DNA of 64,000 nucleotides from an uncultured cyanobacterium (GCA_963793425.1 CAWCAG010000005.1:800001-864000); one strand, 5' to 3'. Positions 1 to 10,687 are shown, counted from the stretch's first letter. A program made the numbers and translations. Notes: a model not told the origin generated them from the letters alone.

Positions 1-229
1 CAATTAAGTCATTTTTCTTTTGTAAAAGGTAGCCTGCTTGCTCTAACTCTGCTGTTGTTCCAGCTACCATAAAACCATCTTCACGAAGTCCTTCAGTAGT
101 AGGGGCTGCTTCAGGAGAAGTTTCGGTTTCAGCTTCTTCTGTCTCTGAGTTACAGGCGGCGATCGCAACGGGTAAAGAACTAGCTAAAATACCCACACTA
201 ACCCAACTTAAAAATTTACGACGTTCCAT
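1..229 (-). CDS. Partial (5' portion) Tat-exported lipoprotein, probably a PetC3-like Rieske iron-sulfur protein
   Basis: Manual translation from ATG at 229 gives MERRKFLSWVSVGILASSLPVAIAACNS..., with a twin-arginine RRKFL signal and lipobox IAAC. The ORF runs off the window, so the Rieske motifs are not visible. Confidence 0.55.
   Translation of the reverse strand, partial: MERRKFLSWVSVGILASSLPVAIAACNSETEEAETETSPEAAPTTEGLREDGFMVAGTTAELEQAGYLLQKKNDLI
159..166. repeat. HIP1 octamer GCGATCGC (first of roughly 30 copies across the window)
   Basis: GCGATCGC recurs throughout, e.g. near 159, 6845, 13751, 24891, 46981 and 63102. Over-representation of HIP1 is a cyanobacterial hallmark. Confidence 0.9.
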
Positions 230-256
230 AATTGTTTCTTCTCTATTGGTTATTGT

Positions 257-1168
257 TCAACAACTAGTCTTTTCTATTTCAATTCCGTATTCAATTAATT
301 GTTCTATATTTCCCTGAAGCTTTTTACATAAATCATCTAGAGGTAAATCGTTAGCATCTCTACCAAAAGGATTTTCGATTTCAATACCAATCGCTTCTAC
401 ACCTAACAAAGCAAAACTTACTAAACCAACGGCTGGAATTGCTCCCCAACCTAAATCAGAGACGTAGGTAAAAGGCAAACCCAAACAGTAGATTAATAAT
501 AAGTGTCTTAAGTGAATAGAATAGGCTTTGGGTAAAGGGGTATTGAGAATTCGTTCGCAACCAATAAGTCCCTCACTTATCATATCTAAAGATTTATTCA
601 ATGTATCAAAAAAACGATCATTAATCAAACCTTCTTGATAATATATTTGACTAAAATAGTTTGCTAGCCAGTTATTTATTCTCAGAGGTATATGAGTGAC
701 TTCTTCTAATTCTGAATACTGTTTGTTGTCAAGTAAATCAATAAGTTCAGCATTCAAATACTCTTTCCTTAAGTGAGTTTTAATTGCCACTATTAAAATG
801 ATAACTAATCTAATTTGCTTAATCTTCTCCCTTTGTTCTTCTTTTGTTTTAGCTGGAACAATAAACCAGATATTTCTAGATAATATTCTACTATTATTGA
901 GCAAACTGCCAAAAAGCTTTCTTCCTTCCCAATATCTGTCATAGGCGGTGTTTGTTCTAAAAACAATAAGTAATCCTAAAACAATGGTGGGAATCAAAGT
1001 ATTAATGATGGGCCTATCTACTGACCATCCTTCATAATAAGCAACAGTAACGAGGGCAGCAAAAATCATTGTTCCAGCTACCCGCCTCCAAATTGTCGGA
1101 ATAACTGAACTTTTTAAATCGATTGCTAACCTGAACCAGGTAAACCACTTTTTTTGAGCAGAGGACAT
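257..1168 (-). CDS. Bestrophin family ion channel (YneE/VCCN-like)
   Basis: Motifs FRTNTAYDRYWEGRK, CERILNTPLP and EIENPFGRDANDLPLD; several TM helices. Confidence 0.9.
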   Translation of the reverse strand: MSSAQKKWFTWFRLAIDLKSSVIPTIWRRVAGTMIFAALVTVAYYEGWSVDRPIINTLIPTIVLGLLIVFRTNTAYDRYWEGRKLFGSLLNNSRILSRNIWFIVPAKTKEEQREKIKQIRLVIILIVAIKTHLRKEYLNAELIDLLDNKQYSELEEVTHIPLRINNWLANYFSQIYYQEGLINDRFFDTLNKSLDMISEGLIGCERILNTPLPKAYSIHLRHLLLIYCLGLPFTYVSDLGWGAIPAVGLVSFALLGVEAIGIEIENPFGRDANDLPLDDLCKKLQGNIEQLIEYGIEIEKTSC

Positions 1169-1191
1169 ATTGTATCTATTTGAAAATTGCT

Positions 1192-1521
1192 TTAAATCTT
1201 ATTTGCTAAGTTTAAGTTATCTAATTCTTGCCAGAGAATATTAATAAATTCTTCTGTATTTTTTAGTTTCATTTCACCAAATGCTGCTAGTTCTTCAGGA
1301 CTATATTGATGATCTTCTCCCATAACTTCCTGAATCCAATAGGGTAAATCGGTAGGATTCTCAATAAACATTTGGCTAATTTTTACGGCATCTTTACCTA
1401 AAGTTGTACCATCAAATGTTGTTGCTAAGCAAAACTTTAGTAACTTGGCTAAATTGCTTTGGGGGGGGATAGAAATTAAAAAAGCCATGTATTGAGCTAA
1501 TGCAGATTTTGATAGGCTCAT
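1192..1521 (-). CDS. Hypothetical protein
   Basis: 109-aa ORF co-oriented with its neighbours; GGAG RBS upstream on the minus strand. Confidence 0.6.
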   Translation of the reverse strand: MSLSKSALAQYMAFLISIPPQSNLAKLLKFCLATTFDGTTLGKDAVKISQMFIENPTDLPYWIQEVMGEDHQYSPEELAAFGEMKLKNTEEFINILWQELDNLNLANKI

Positions 1522-1580
1522 TGAAATTGCTCTCCATTATTAATTACTTGGTTTCCTATAAACAATGGTTAAATAAACCA

Positions 1581-3417
1581 TCACGAATGTATAGAACCAT
1601 CGGGCATGATAGCTCCTTTAAGATAAGCTTTTCGTAAATCAAATTCGTTTACCTTAGCATTTTTCAGGTTAGCACCAGTTAAGTAAGTATTGTTAAGATC
1701 AGCACCGCTTAGATTAGCATGACTAAGATTCGTACCGCTTAAATTAGCATCTCTTAAATCAGCACAAACCAAATTAGCATAACTTAAATTAGCGCTGCTA
1801 AGGTTGGTGTAACTTAATTTAGCAAAACCTAAGTTAGTACGCTCTAAATTAGCCCCAGTAAAGTTGACACGAGCTAAAAGAGCATTACCTAAGTTGGCAT
1901 GACTAAGATTTGCATTGCTGAGATTAGTTTTAGTTAAATTCGCATCACTAAGAATCAGCTTTAGGTAAGTTTATTTTAGCTAAATCCGCATTAGGAGCAG
2001 TCAATCCTTTTAAGGTAACTCCATCTTCATTCAAATCTTGCAAAGCCAAAATTCTCGCATAGCTAACCTTAACTCCAGTAGCATTATCTACTGTACTCCA
2101 AGCTTGATAGTGAAATTCTTTTTTGCGATCAGGTGTTTCTTTGATATATAAAACCAAGGCAACTAAAAGGCTAATTGCATCTGCACCTTCTAAAAGTTCT
2201 GCTAGTAATGTTTCGTCATCCGCAGCTAGATATAAAAACGATAACAAAAAAGCTGAACCAACTGCCACAGCCCAGGTAGGTAAAGACCAAAATTTTTCTA
2301 AGAGTTTATCTAATATTAATTTAAGAAAAGAATCAAGGGAAGGAATTTTTTCTTGTTGTCGTTCCTTACTCCTCTTAAACTTCACCTTAAGATTATTAAA
2401 GGCTATTAAAGGCTTTTTAACAGCAAATTTTATTTTAAGTTTATCAAAAGCTACCAAAGGTTTTTTACTAGTGACTTTACCCTCTTGCGGAGTTTTGCTA
2501 ATAGTAGTTCCTTTTGCACCTTCAAGCATCATTTTGGTAACGGTGTTGTAGGTTTCTAACCAAGCTTGTTGAACTTCATTTGTCCAATCTTCTTGTAGAT
2601 AATCAGAGAAGGTTTGTAAGAGAACTTCCCCCACTAAAGGATAATACTTGGGTAATGTACCGTATTCTTTATGTCTCGACCCTAAATCAGTAAGAATCTG
2701 TCTTAATAATTCTGGTTGCCGTAAACTTTCTACTAACAAAACTAAAGAATTAAGAAACTTTTTTTCTTGCTTAATAACATCAGTTTTGGCAAAGAGTTTT
2801 TCTGTTTCTGGATGGGCAGTAAATAAATTTTGATAAAAGCTAGCAACAAAAGCTTCGGCTTGAGGTTTTATGCCCTCAAAGCTTTGTTCAACAAGTTCGA
2901 TTTGGCTCTTCTGAGATGATACAGGAGTTATTACTTTATCTGGTTTAATTGCTTGAGGTTTTGGGGCAATTTCTTCTGGAGTTAAGGTAATCTCCGATTG
3001 AGGTGCTACATCTACTCCTGCACCTTCAAGCATCATTTTAGTAGCAGTATTGTAGGTTTCTAACCAAGCTTGTTGAACTTCATTTGTCCAATCTTCTTGT
3101 AGATAATCAGAGAAGGTTTGTAAGAGAACTTCCCCCACTAAAGGATAATACTTGGGTAATGTACCGTATTCTTTATGTCTCGACCCTAAATCAGTAAGAA
3201 TCTGTTTTAATAATTCTGGTTGCCGTAAAGTTTCTACTAACAAAACTAAAGAATTAAGCAGCTTTTTCTCCTGCTTATTCATATCAGTTTTAGCAAAGAG
3301 TTTTTCTGTTTCTGGATAAGCAACAAAGAGATTTTGGTAGAAGCTAGCGACAAAAGCTTCAGCTTGAGGTTTGATTCGCTCAAAGCTTTGTTCAACAAGT
3401 TCAATTTCTAAAGACAT
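1581..3417 (-). pseudogene. Tandem globin-globin-TM-pentapeptide repeat protein, split by a +1 frameshift near 1954 (about 611 aa if repaired)
   Basis: Two globin domains (FY at B9-B10, LGSRHKEYG with proximal His), two TM helices, then A(D/N)Lxx repeats. Removing one base from GCT GAT T CTT AGT joins ORF 1948..3417 in frame to ORF 1581..1772. Confidence 0.8.
2515..3407. repeat. Intragenic direct duplication of the globin domain (offset 504 nt)
   Basis: About 2515-2903 matches about 3019-3407, including an identical stretch of about 155 nt (2546-2701 vs 3050-3205). Confidence 0.9.
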
Positions 3418-3611
3418 TATTTGAAAATAATTAACACTATAACTTTGTATTCTTTTTCAGAACAGTATCAGTAGTTACAGTTCTTTTATCCATTGAACTA
3501 GGATTTTAATTGAGTTGCTTATCAGTAATTGTCGTTAAACAGCGATTTCTCTACTAAAATTAATAACAGAGGGAATATAGAATTAGTAGCTTTAGTGGTA
3601 GTAGTATCAAA

Positions 3612-4010
3612 ATGTTTGGTAAATTTCAACAAAGCAATATTCGTATAGAAGTAGAAGCACCAGCAAAAGTAATTGGTGCTAGTCTCTTGCAACCTGCTAA
3701 ATTGAGCAAGTGGCTTTTTCCTCAGCGTTTAGAATCGGGAATGCCAGAAAAGTTAGTTTCTGGCTTAAACTTTACTAGTTGGACAGGGCCGGTAACTGTC
3801 CAACACCAAGTAGAAATAGCCAGCCCTAATTGCTTACGCCTGCTATTAAGCAAAGGTATTGATGGCTATCACGAATGGTACTGGGGAGAAGGTTGGGTAC
3901 AATCTCGCTTAGAAGGAATTTCCTACCTACCCTTAAATCTTGGTCAAACCCTTAGCTTAGTTAAATTGCGTCAATTCCTAACTTGGGAACAGGGAAAATT
4001 CAGTAAATAA
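3612..4010 (+). CDS. Conserved cyanobacterial protein, SRPBCC/START-like fold
   Basis: N-terminal RIEVEAP...L..W pattern typical of SRPBCC proteins. Confidence 0.55.
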   Translation: MFGKFQQSNIRIEVEAPAKVIGASLLQPAKLSKWLFPQRLESGMPEKLVSGLNFTSWTGPVTVQHQVEIASPNCLRLLLSKGIDGYHEWYWGEGWVQSRLEGISYLPLNLGQTLSLVKLRQFLTWEQGKFSK

Positions 4011-4042
4011 GTAACAAGCGATACCAAAAGTAGACTCAATTA

Positions 4043-4675
4043 TTACTGACTTAACCAAGAAATAGCGCTTTTGATCCATTCTTCTGGTTTAGGGTTTTTA
4101 AGTAGTTGATTGTCCTTACTTAAAGCAGACAATGCTTGGTCAATTTCTTCATTACTATAACCCAAAGCCAAAAGAGTCATTTCTACATCTTCTTGGATTT
4201 GTACTGAGGGGGTAGCCGCTAAACCTGTGGTAGTAATTCCTGTCATTTGTCGCCATTGAGACAACTTGGTTTTCAACTCTAAGGCGATACGTTCAGCAGT
4301 TTTTTTGCCTACACCAGGGGTTTTAGCTAAGGAGCGAATATTAGTTGTGACGATCGCTTGGACTAAATCTGTCAAACCTAAAGTATCAATTAAGGCGATC
4401 GCTAATTGCGCCCCAATGCCATTAACGCTGATTAGATGCCGAAACAAGTCTCTTTCCGCCCCAGAAGCGAAACCGTAGAGGATAGGTTGTTCTTCCCGTA
4501 CTTGTAGGTGAGTAAAGACTTGTACTGCTTCTTCTTTGCCTACTGGTAATTGTCGGGCAAAACGAGAAGTCGTTTGAATCTCGTAACCCATTTGGTTAAC
4601 TTCCATAACCAAGATAACTTTGTTGGTAGTGGTTTTAACCACCTCTATGGCTTGCCCTTTAAGATAGCTGATCAT
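4043..4675 (-). CDS. ruvA: Holliday junction branch migration protein RuvA
   Basis: MISYLKG start, EVNQMGYEI, LYGF, helix-hairpin-helix motifs VNGIG and PGVGKKTAERIALELK, C-terminal LLALGY. Confidence 0.97.
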   Translation of the reverse strand: MISYLKGQAIEVVKTTTNKVILVMEVNQMGYEIQTTSRFARQLPVGKEEAVQVFTHLQVREEQPILYGFASGAERDLFRHLISVNGIGAQLAIALIDTLGLTDLVQAIVTTNIRSLAKTPGVGKKTAERIALELKTKLSQWRQMTGITTTGLAATPSVQIQEDVEMTLLALGYSNEEIDQALSALSKDNQLLKNPKPEEWIKSAISWLSQ

Positions 4676-4858
4676 TAAGATTGATGGTTAAGGAAATTGC
4701 TGATGTTTAATCTTTTTACCATTCCCAGTACAGCTTTTCCACATCAAAGATGATTTCTTCCCTAACCCAGATACTTGATGTTGCTGAAGAGGAATTGGGT
4801 TTGGGGAATCTGGGGGGAAATCTACTGATTACTTTCTCCTGATCTTCTCACCGCCTAT

Positions 4859-5635
4859 CTATAACTGAGGAGGATAAGTTACTTCTTGAATTTGACCAAG
4901 TTTACCTAACTTCTTGGCTTTGTTTTGGTTATAAGCTACCAAAACCCCCCCGGCATTACCAGCAAGAAGAGTAATACTCTCTTGGGCTTCCCAGGTGTGC
5001 TTTTTACCCTCTTTAACTGTCCCCTCAAACTTGGTTTTGCCATCTGCTACTACCCGTAACCAAGATTGATCCTCAACTGTCACATCCAATGTCACTGGTT
5101 GGTTTTGAACATCTTCTGATTGTTTTTTGTCTAGTTTAGATAGTCCTGATGTTTTTTTTGTATGAGTATCCTTTTGCTTATACCTAGCTGCTTCTTTTTT
5201 CTCCGGCTTTTGGTTATCTGCTACAGCTTGGGAATAATCCATATAGTTAGATACACTACTAACTGTGCCAACTACCACAGCTACATAAAGAGCATACCAA
5301 TGAACAGGACGGATTCTTAGCTTAGGGAAACGTCCCAAAGAAGGCTTGAGGAACTGAAAGTTAGAATCTTCAGGAAAATCCTTAGCCATTTTAGTGCCAT
5401 TTAAACCCAAATGGTCGCCAAATTGCTTCAGCAATCCTTGAATATAAACTGATTCTGGTAATGCTGCTCTATTTCCTTCCTCAATTGCCCTCAGCAAACG
5501 TTCAGGAATCAAAGTTTTCCTGGCTACATCTTCTAAAGATAAAAACTTAGCCTCACGAGCCTGCTGTAGGCGAGAACCAAACTGCTTAAGCTTGTCAAGT
5601 TGTTCTTGGCAAAGATGAGCTTTATTCTCCTTCAT
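4859..5635 (-). CDS. RodZ-like protein (HTH, TM, DUF4115)
   Basis: GSRLQQARE..SLEDVA..TLI...LLRAIEEG HTH, one TM helix, C-terminal SWLRVVADG...GNAGG. Confidence 0.85.
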   Translation of the reverse strand: MKENKAHLCQEQLDKLKQFGSRLQQAREAKFLSLEDVARKTLIPERLLRAIEEGNRAALPESVYIQGLLKQFGDHLGLNGTKMAKDFPEDSNFQFLKPSLGRFPKLRIRPVHWYALYVAVVVGTVSSVSNYMDYSQAVADNQKPEKKEAARYKQKDTHTKKTSGLSKLDKKQSEDVQNQPVTLDVTVEDQSWLRVVADGKTKFEGTVKEGKKHTWEAQESITLLAGNAGGVLVAYNQNKAKKLGKLGQIQEVTYPPQL

Positions 5636-6452
5636 ACATTAAATTCTCCTGGATGTCTTCTGGCGCTCTTGGTGATGTTAGATGCACTCTTTTTTGGAGA
5701 AAACGAATTTCAAATTCTTTAAGAAAACGATGGTTACCGCTAGACAAAATAGGTTCATTGTTATCTTGTAACCTAATTGGGCCAATTGCTGTGCGGTGAA
5801 GTTTAGTTACTTCAAACCCAAGTTGCTCAGCAACACGGCGAATCTGTCGGTTTCTCCCTTCAGTTAGGACTACTTCTAAAAGAGTTTTGTTACTTACTTG
5901 CTTGAGAATTTCTACCCTAGCGGGTAAAGTTTTTTTCCCAGCGAGAATAACACCCTTACGCCAAGTTGCCAATACTGATTCTGGAGGATGGGAATTTACC
6001 CAAACATGATAAGTTTTAGGCAAATGATAGCGGGGGTGAGTTAAGCATAAAGTTAATGCTCCGTCATTAGTTAGCAGTAATGCCCCTGTAGATTCTACAT
6101 CCAAACGTCCTACCGGATGAATGCCTTGTTCGCCCCTAAGCTTAGGGGGTAAAAAATCCAGTATAATAGGGCGATCTTGGGGGTCGCTACAAGTCGTTAC
6201 CACCCCGATAGGCTTGTTGAGCAGAAGGTAAACTGGTTGAGGGCGTTCAGCAAATTTGATGACTTTCCCGTCAACCTTAAGTTTATCTTTTCTCAAATCA
6301 GCTTTCTGCCCTAATTGAACTACCCGATCGTTAAGGTACACTCGCCCAGAGAGGATCATTTGCTCTGCTTGTCGTCGCGAAGCAATCCCCCACTGGGATA
6401 AAATTTTTTGTACCCTTTCTACTCTGGGTTTTTCTAGCATCTCTTGTTTCAC
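5622..6452 (-). CDS. rRNA pseudouridine synthase (RsuA/RluB family)
   Basis: S4 domain RVQKILSQWGIASRRQAE, catalytic VGRLD, EGRNRQIRR. Confidence 0.93.
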   Translation of the reverse strand: MKQEMLEKPRVERVQKILSQWGIASRRQAEQMILSGRVYLNDRVVQLGQKADLRKDKLKVDGKVIKFAERPQPVYLLLNKPIGVVTTCSDPQDRPIILDFLPPKLRGEQGIHPVGRLDVESTGALLLTNDGALTLCLTHPRYHLPKTYHVWVNSHPPESVLATWRKGVILAGKKTLPARVEILKQVSNKTLLEVVLTEGRNRQIRRVAEQLGFEVTKLHRTAIGPIRLQDNNEPILSSGNHRFLKEFEIRFLQKRVHLTSPRAPEDIQENLMYEGE

Positions 6453-6681
6453 GCCATAAAGGGCGACTTGCCCTCATAATTTAGCTGAAGTTACTATTAA
6501 CACTATGTAAGAATATTACAAAATCTGAAGAAAAAAAACTAAGGGCTGGTAAAAATCACTCTGATTTGACCAAATAGCTAAAGTTTTGGGGATTTTCGAT
6601 TAGTGATTGGTATTTCTATAGTTGGTATTTTGTATTACATATAACTTCCTCATTATTCCCTAAGAAATTCCTATTGTTTAG

Positions 6682-7398
6682 ATGAAAAGCAAATCTTCCC
6701 AGTCTTTGATTAGCCAAGTTCTCTCTCCGGCTTTAAAACTATGGCTAGCAACTCAAGTAGAAGAAATAGCCAAATTACAAATTAATATTTCCGGGAGCAA
6801 TCGCCAAATTATAGGTGGTTACATTCCTAGAGTATCGCTAAAATGCGATCGCGCTATTTATCAAGGTTTGCACTTAAGCCAAGCTGAACTGCAGGGTGAG
6901 AATATTCGTATTAATATAGGTCAAGTTATTAAGGGTAAACCCCTTCAATTACTAGAACCGATAGTAGTTACAGGAAAAGTTCTACTAGAGGAAAAAGATT
7001 TACAAGCTTCTTTGTCAGCAAACTTACTATCTGCTGCTTTAGCCAATTTACTTCCCTTATTTATTGCTGCTAGTCAAGAGCAATCCTCAAAGAAATTGTG
7101 GAAGGATAAGAGACTTAACTGGCAGGAAATAAAAATAGATGCGGGGAAATTAACCCTAAGAGGCACTTGTCAGGACGCTGAAGCCAAAGAAATGCCTATT
7201 TCGCTGTGTACCGGCTTAGATTTGACAAGTCCTCATGAATTGTCCCTTAGCCCTATTTCAATTGAAACACCAGAATTGGACTGTATCAGTATTAATAACT
7301 ACAAAGTCGATTTGGGTGAACAAGTCCATCTTGAAGAATTAAAAGTAACTCCAGGTCAAGTTTTTTGTCGGGGAAGCTTGACGGTTATTAGTGACTAG
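6682..7398 (+). CDS. DUF2993 / LmeA-like phospholipid-binding protein
   Basis: LSPALKLWLATQVE...G.IP.V...AIYQGL pattern of cyanobacterial DUF2993 proteins. Confidence 0.7.
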   Translation: MKSKSSQSLISQVLSPALKLWLATQVEEIAKLQINISGSNRQIIGGYIPRVSLKCDRAIYQGLHLSQAELQGENIRINIGQVIKGKPLQLLEPIVVTGKVLLEEKDLQASLSANLLSAALANLLPLFIAASQEQSSKKLWKDKRLNWQEIKIDAGKLTLRGTCQDAEAKEMPISLCTGLDLTSPHELSLSPISIETPELDCISINNYKVDLGEQVHLEELKVTPGQVFCRGSLTVISD

Positions 7399-7428
7399 CG
7401 GGGGGATTGGGGAGCTGGGTAGAAAAGA

Positions 7429-7869
7429 TCAGCCATTAGCCATAACTCGAATAAACTCTAAAGGCAAGCCATCAGCATCAGCAATAAAAGCAACTTCATA
7501 AATGCAAGCGCCGATCATTTGTTGATTCGGCTCCAGTAGTATTTTCAAAGGTTGGAACTGTTCGGGGTTAGTGTTTGCTGCTTGGCGAAAGCTAGCTTCT
7601 AACTCTCTAAGCCAATTTGGTAAACTCTCAACAACGTCGGTTAGATCAAAAGAAAGATGGTAATACCCGACATAATGCTCATCATTAAAGGCATCAGCAG
7701 CTGGTTTTGGTTCAGGAATTTGAATCAACTCAATTCTTCCACCTAAACCTTCTAGCCAACAAGCGAGGGTATAGCCTGTGGTAAAGCGTTCTCGAACAGT
7801 AAATCCCAACTGTTCATAAAATGTGATTCCTCGATTAATATCAGCAGTACGAATAGAAGCATGGTGCAT
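7429..7869 (-). CDS. VOC / glyoxalase family protein
   Basis: MHHASIRT, IELI, YYHLSF and DADGLPLEF metal-binding motifs. Confidence 0.88.
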   Translation of the reverse strand: MHHASIRTADINRGITFYEQLGFTVRERFTTGYTLACWLEGLGGRIELIQIPEPKPAADAFNDEHYVGYYHLSFDLTDVVESLPNWLRELEASFRQAANTNPEQFQPLKILLEPNQQMIGACIYEVAFIADADGLPLEFIRVMANG

Positions 7870-7970
7870 TTTTTTAATTGCTAATTGCTAATTGCTAATC
7901 GGCAAGGGTTAAAGGTTAAGGGGGCAATACTTTTTTCCTAGCTGCCTGCTGCCCTCTCCCTGCTGCCTTC

Positions 7971-8480
7971 TTAATCAAATAAACGAAAATAAGGGTAGCG
8001 TACAGGAACTCCTGGTTCTTTTTCTAGATTAAAATTAATTACTTCCCAACAAGGATCTTCGTTAGGTTCTTCACTAAAGGTTACAGGCAGTCCATAAAGT
8101 TTAGGGGACTGGGCATCAGAATTACCCCGCCAAGGAGTACTGCGTTCTAAATAAGTGCTAACTAATTCTCGATAGCGATTAGCAATAATCACCTTAGTGG
8201 CCCTGTAGCCTTCTGTATAGAGTTTATCCAAAGCTTCGTGGATCTCAAAACGAATTCCATCGGGATGGGTATGTTGTCGATACCATTGTCCATCCCAAAG
8301 TCGCCAGTGACGACCAGACTGCAAATGAACAAGTTCGCCAGTTTTAGGATCTGCCTCAAAAGCACCGTGGCGCGGACAGAGATAGGTATCTGTGAGGGTC
8401 AAAGCGGGTATGGTTTGGCGACAGTGAGGGCATTTTATATCTGCGCCAAAGATAGGATACTGCAAACTTGCATTCATCAT
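7971..8480 (-). CDS. Conserved cyanobacterial zinc-ribbon protein (TIGR02652 family)
   Basis: CPHC...LTLTDTYLCPRHGAFEADP signature. Confidence 0.8.
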   Translation of the reverse strand: MMNASLQYPIFGADIKCPHCRQTIPALTLTDTYLCPRHGAFEADPKTGELVHLQSGRHWRLWDGQWYRQHTHPDGIRFEIHEALDKLYTEGYRATKVIIANRYRELVSTYLERSTPWRGNSDAQSPKLYGLPVTFSEEPNEDPCWEVINFNLEKEPGVPVRYPYFRLFD

Positions 8481-8585
8481 TGTGGGCGTATAATCATTTT
8501 TGAGCTAGTACTAGTGGCAGTGGCTATATTATATCTGCTAAACTCTTTGGCAATTGGTGAGTATTTTATACCTTGAGCAGCGAAA

Positions 8586-9131
8586 GTGAGTAAAGAACTC
8601 AATATTTTCTCCTCTGTTCCCTATTGGCAGCCTCCGGATCTTTCCTTAGCTGCATTTGTTGCCCCCAACGCGGTAATAGTAGGGAATGTTTCTTTAGGTT
8701 TGGGTTCTAGTGTTTGGTACAGCGCAGTGGTTAGGGGAGACGTAGAAAGAATTGCCATTGGCGAATATACAAATATTCAAGATGGAGCTATTTTACATGG
8801 TGATCCTGGCAAACCTACGATTCTAGAAGAATACGTTACTGTAGGCCATAGGGCTGTAGTCCATTCAGCCCATATTGAAAAAGGCTGTCTTATTGGTATT
8901 GGAGCAGTAATTCTTGATGGGGTGAGAGTTGGTGCTGGTAGTTTAATAGGAGCAGGCTGTGTGGTGACGAAAAATGTTCTCCCCGGTTGTTTAATGGTAG
9001 GAGTTCCGGCGAGAAAAGCACGAGGATTGAAAGAGGAAGAAATTGCTGGTTTAGTTGAACACGCTAAACGCTATGAAAAGTTAGCTCTAGTCCACAGCGG
9101 CAAGGGAACAGATTTAGGATTTTACTGTTGA
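8586..9131 (+). CDS. Gamma carbonic anhydrase family (hexapeptide repeat) protein
   Basis: VRGD, NIQDGAILHG and TVGHRAVVH zinc-ligand motifs. Confidence 0.92.
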   Translation: MSKELNIFSSVPYWQPPDLSLAAFVAPNAVIVGNVSLGLGSSVWYSAVVRGDVERIAIGEYTNIQDGAILHGDPGKPTILEEYVTVGHRAVVHSAHIEKGCLIGIGAVILDGVRVGAGSLIGAGCVVTKNVLPGCLMVGVPARKARGLKEEEIAGLVEHAKRYEKLALVHSGKGTDLGFYC

Positions 9132-9478
9132 TGTTCCGTTAGGCTAAAATCCCGAAACTGCCTAGCTTGTTGTTCTATACGATTAGCCAGACGATTTCCC
9201 ACTAGATGACACAACTCAAAAATTAGTGGATCTTCTACGCTATAGTAAGCGGATGTCCCTTCACTACGACGACTAAGAATTCCTGCTTGAAGCATAACTT
9301 TAAGGTGCTTGGAGACATTGGCTTGACTAGTTTGGGTAGCCTCTACTAAATCCTGAACGCACCTCTCACCATCCCTAAGTAAATTGAGAATGCGTAGGCG
9401 CATCGGCTCGCTTAGGACACTAAAATACTCAGCTATTTGCTGTACTACTTCTTGCGATACTGATTTTGCTAGTTCCAT
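9122..9478 (-). CDS. ArsR/SmtB family transcriptional regulator
   Basis: FSVLSEPMRLRIL...SQANVSKHLKVM winged HTH. Confidence 0.92.
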   Translation of the reverse strand: MELAKSVSQEVVQQIAEYFSVLSEPMRLRILNLLRDGERCVQDLVEATQTSQANVSKHLKVMLQAGILSRRSEGTSAYYSVEDPLIFELCHLVGNRLANRIEQQARQFRDFSLTEHQQ

Positions 9479-9534
9479 TTAACTAACCAAAAGTAATTAA
9501 ACCCCAATTTTTTTGAATTCCATCAGTCATTGAG

Positions 9535-10026
9535 CTATGGCTCTGGATTCACTAACATTAGGGGTTGGCCGTACTCTACAGGTTCTCCATTTTCTACCAA
9601 AACTTCAACAATTTGCCCAGACACTTCTGCCTCAATTTCGTTCATCACCTTCATCGCTTCAATAATACAAACAATTTGTCCTTTAGTGATTTGGTCATTA
9701 ACTTCTACAAAGGCAGCTTCATCAGGGGTAGGAGAGCGATAGAAAGTTCCTACCACCGGAGAGGTAATTTCTTCCCATTTCCCCTCAGAGTTTGGAGTTT
9801 TAGGCTCACCGGAGCCGTTGTCAGGAAGATTAGGACGAGATGGAGGCGCAGGGTTAGGAGCGAAAGTTAAATTAGCATTTTCCTGAGTAGATATATTTCT
9901 GGGCATTGTGGGAATGCCCTTACGTACCGTTAGCTCAAAATCATCGCTTTTGAGAGTTAACTCCGCAATGTCAGTTTGAGCAATTGAACTCAAAAGTTCC
10001 CTAAGCTGATTAAAATCTATAGGCAC
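9535..10026 (-). CDS. accB: Acetyl-CoA carboxylase biotin carboxyl carrier protein
   Basis: Biotinylation motif EAMKVMNEI, SPVVGTFYRSP; follows efp as is usual in cyanobacteria. Confidence 0.97.
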   Translation of the reverse strand: MPIDFNQLRELLSSIAQTDIAELTLKSDDFELTVRKGIPTMPRNISTQENANLTFAPNPAPPSRPNLPDNGSGEPKTPNSEGKWEEITSPVVGTFYRSPTPDEAAFVEVNDQITKGQIVCIIEAMKVMNEIEAEVSGQIVEVLVENGEPVEYGQPLMLVNPEP

Positions 10027-10129
10027 AAATCATACATCCCAATTCGATTAAGTTAGTCATCTTTTGCTTATTACTAACCCATAACTTTTGACCAATGGCT
10101 CATTCATTCGGTGTCAACAATTCTTAAGA

Positions 10130-10687
10130 TTACTCTCTACCGAGATAAGAATCATTGCGGGTGTCAATTTTGATTCGTTCCCCTATGGAAATAAACAAAG
10201 GAACCATAACCTGCGCTCCGGTTTCTAGTGTAGCTGGTTTAGAACCGCCAGTGGCGGTATCGCCTTTAACACCAGGATCGGTTTGGGCTACCTCTAGGAC
10301 TACTGAGGTTGGTAATTCTACTTCCAAAACTTGCTCATCCCATTGCACTATGTTAACTTCCATACCTTCGGTAATGTATTTAACGCGATCGCCAATTTTA
10401 TCTGGGTTGAGACGAGTTTCTTCAAAAGTCTCCATATCCATAAAGACGAACTGATCACCATCTTTATAGGTATGTTGCATAGTCCGTTTTTCTAAGTTGG
10501 CTTGGGGTACAGTTTCCCCTGCTCGGAAGGTACGTTCGACAACGCTACCAGTTTGAGCATTTTTTAGTTTGGTTCGTACAAAGGCAGAGCCTTTACCTGG
10601 CTTGACGTGGAGAAATTCCACGACTCGCCATACTGCTCCATCCAACTCAATTGTTACGCCGGGTCTAAAATCGTTACTTGAAATCAT
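10130..10687 (-). CDS. efp: Elongation factor P
   Basis: [16 protein letters not shown] and [11 protein letters not shown]. Start set at the ATG at 10687 (MISSND). Confidence 0.98.
   Translation of the reverse strand: MISSNDFRPGVTIELDGAVWRVVEFLHVKPGKGSAFVRTKLKNAQTGSVVERTFRAGETVPQANLEKRTMQHTYKDGDQFVFMDMETFEETRLNPDKIGDRVKYITEGMEVNIVQWDEQVLEVELPTSVVLEVAQTDPGVKGDTATGGSKPATLETGAQVMVPLFISIGERIKIDTRNDSYLGRE

Noticed and set aside
1581..1772. Independent 63-aa pentapeptide gene
   Set aside because: It is the out-of-frame tail of the globin gene; the repeats continue upstream to the frameshift near 1954.
6506..6520. Palindrome TGTAA-N5-TTACA as an NtcA site
   Set aside because: Spacing is GTA-N7-TAC, not the GTA-N8-TAC that NtcA requires; it could bind another regulator but this is unsupported.
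8238..8576. Short antisense or overlapping ORFs in the track (e.g. 8238-8576, 9565-9870, 10155-10454, 2123-2551)
   Set aside because: They overlap confidently identified genes on the opposite strand and lack motifs.
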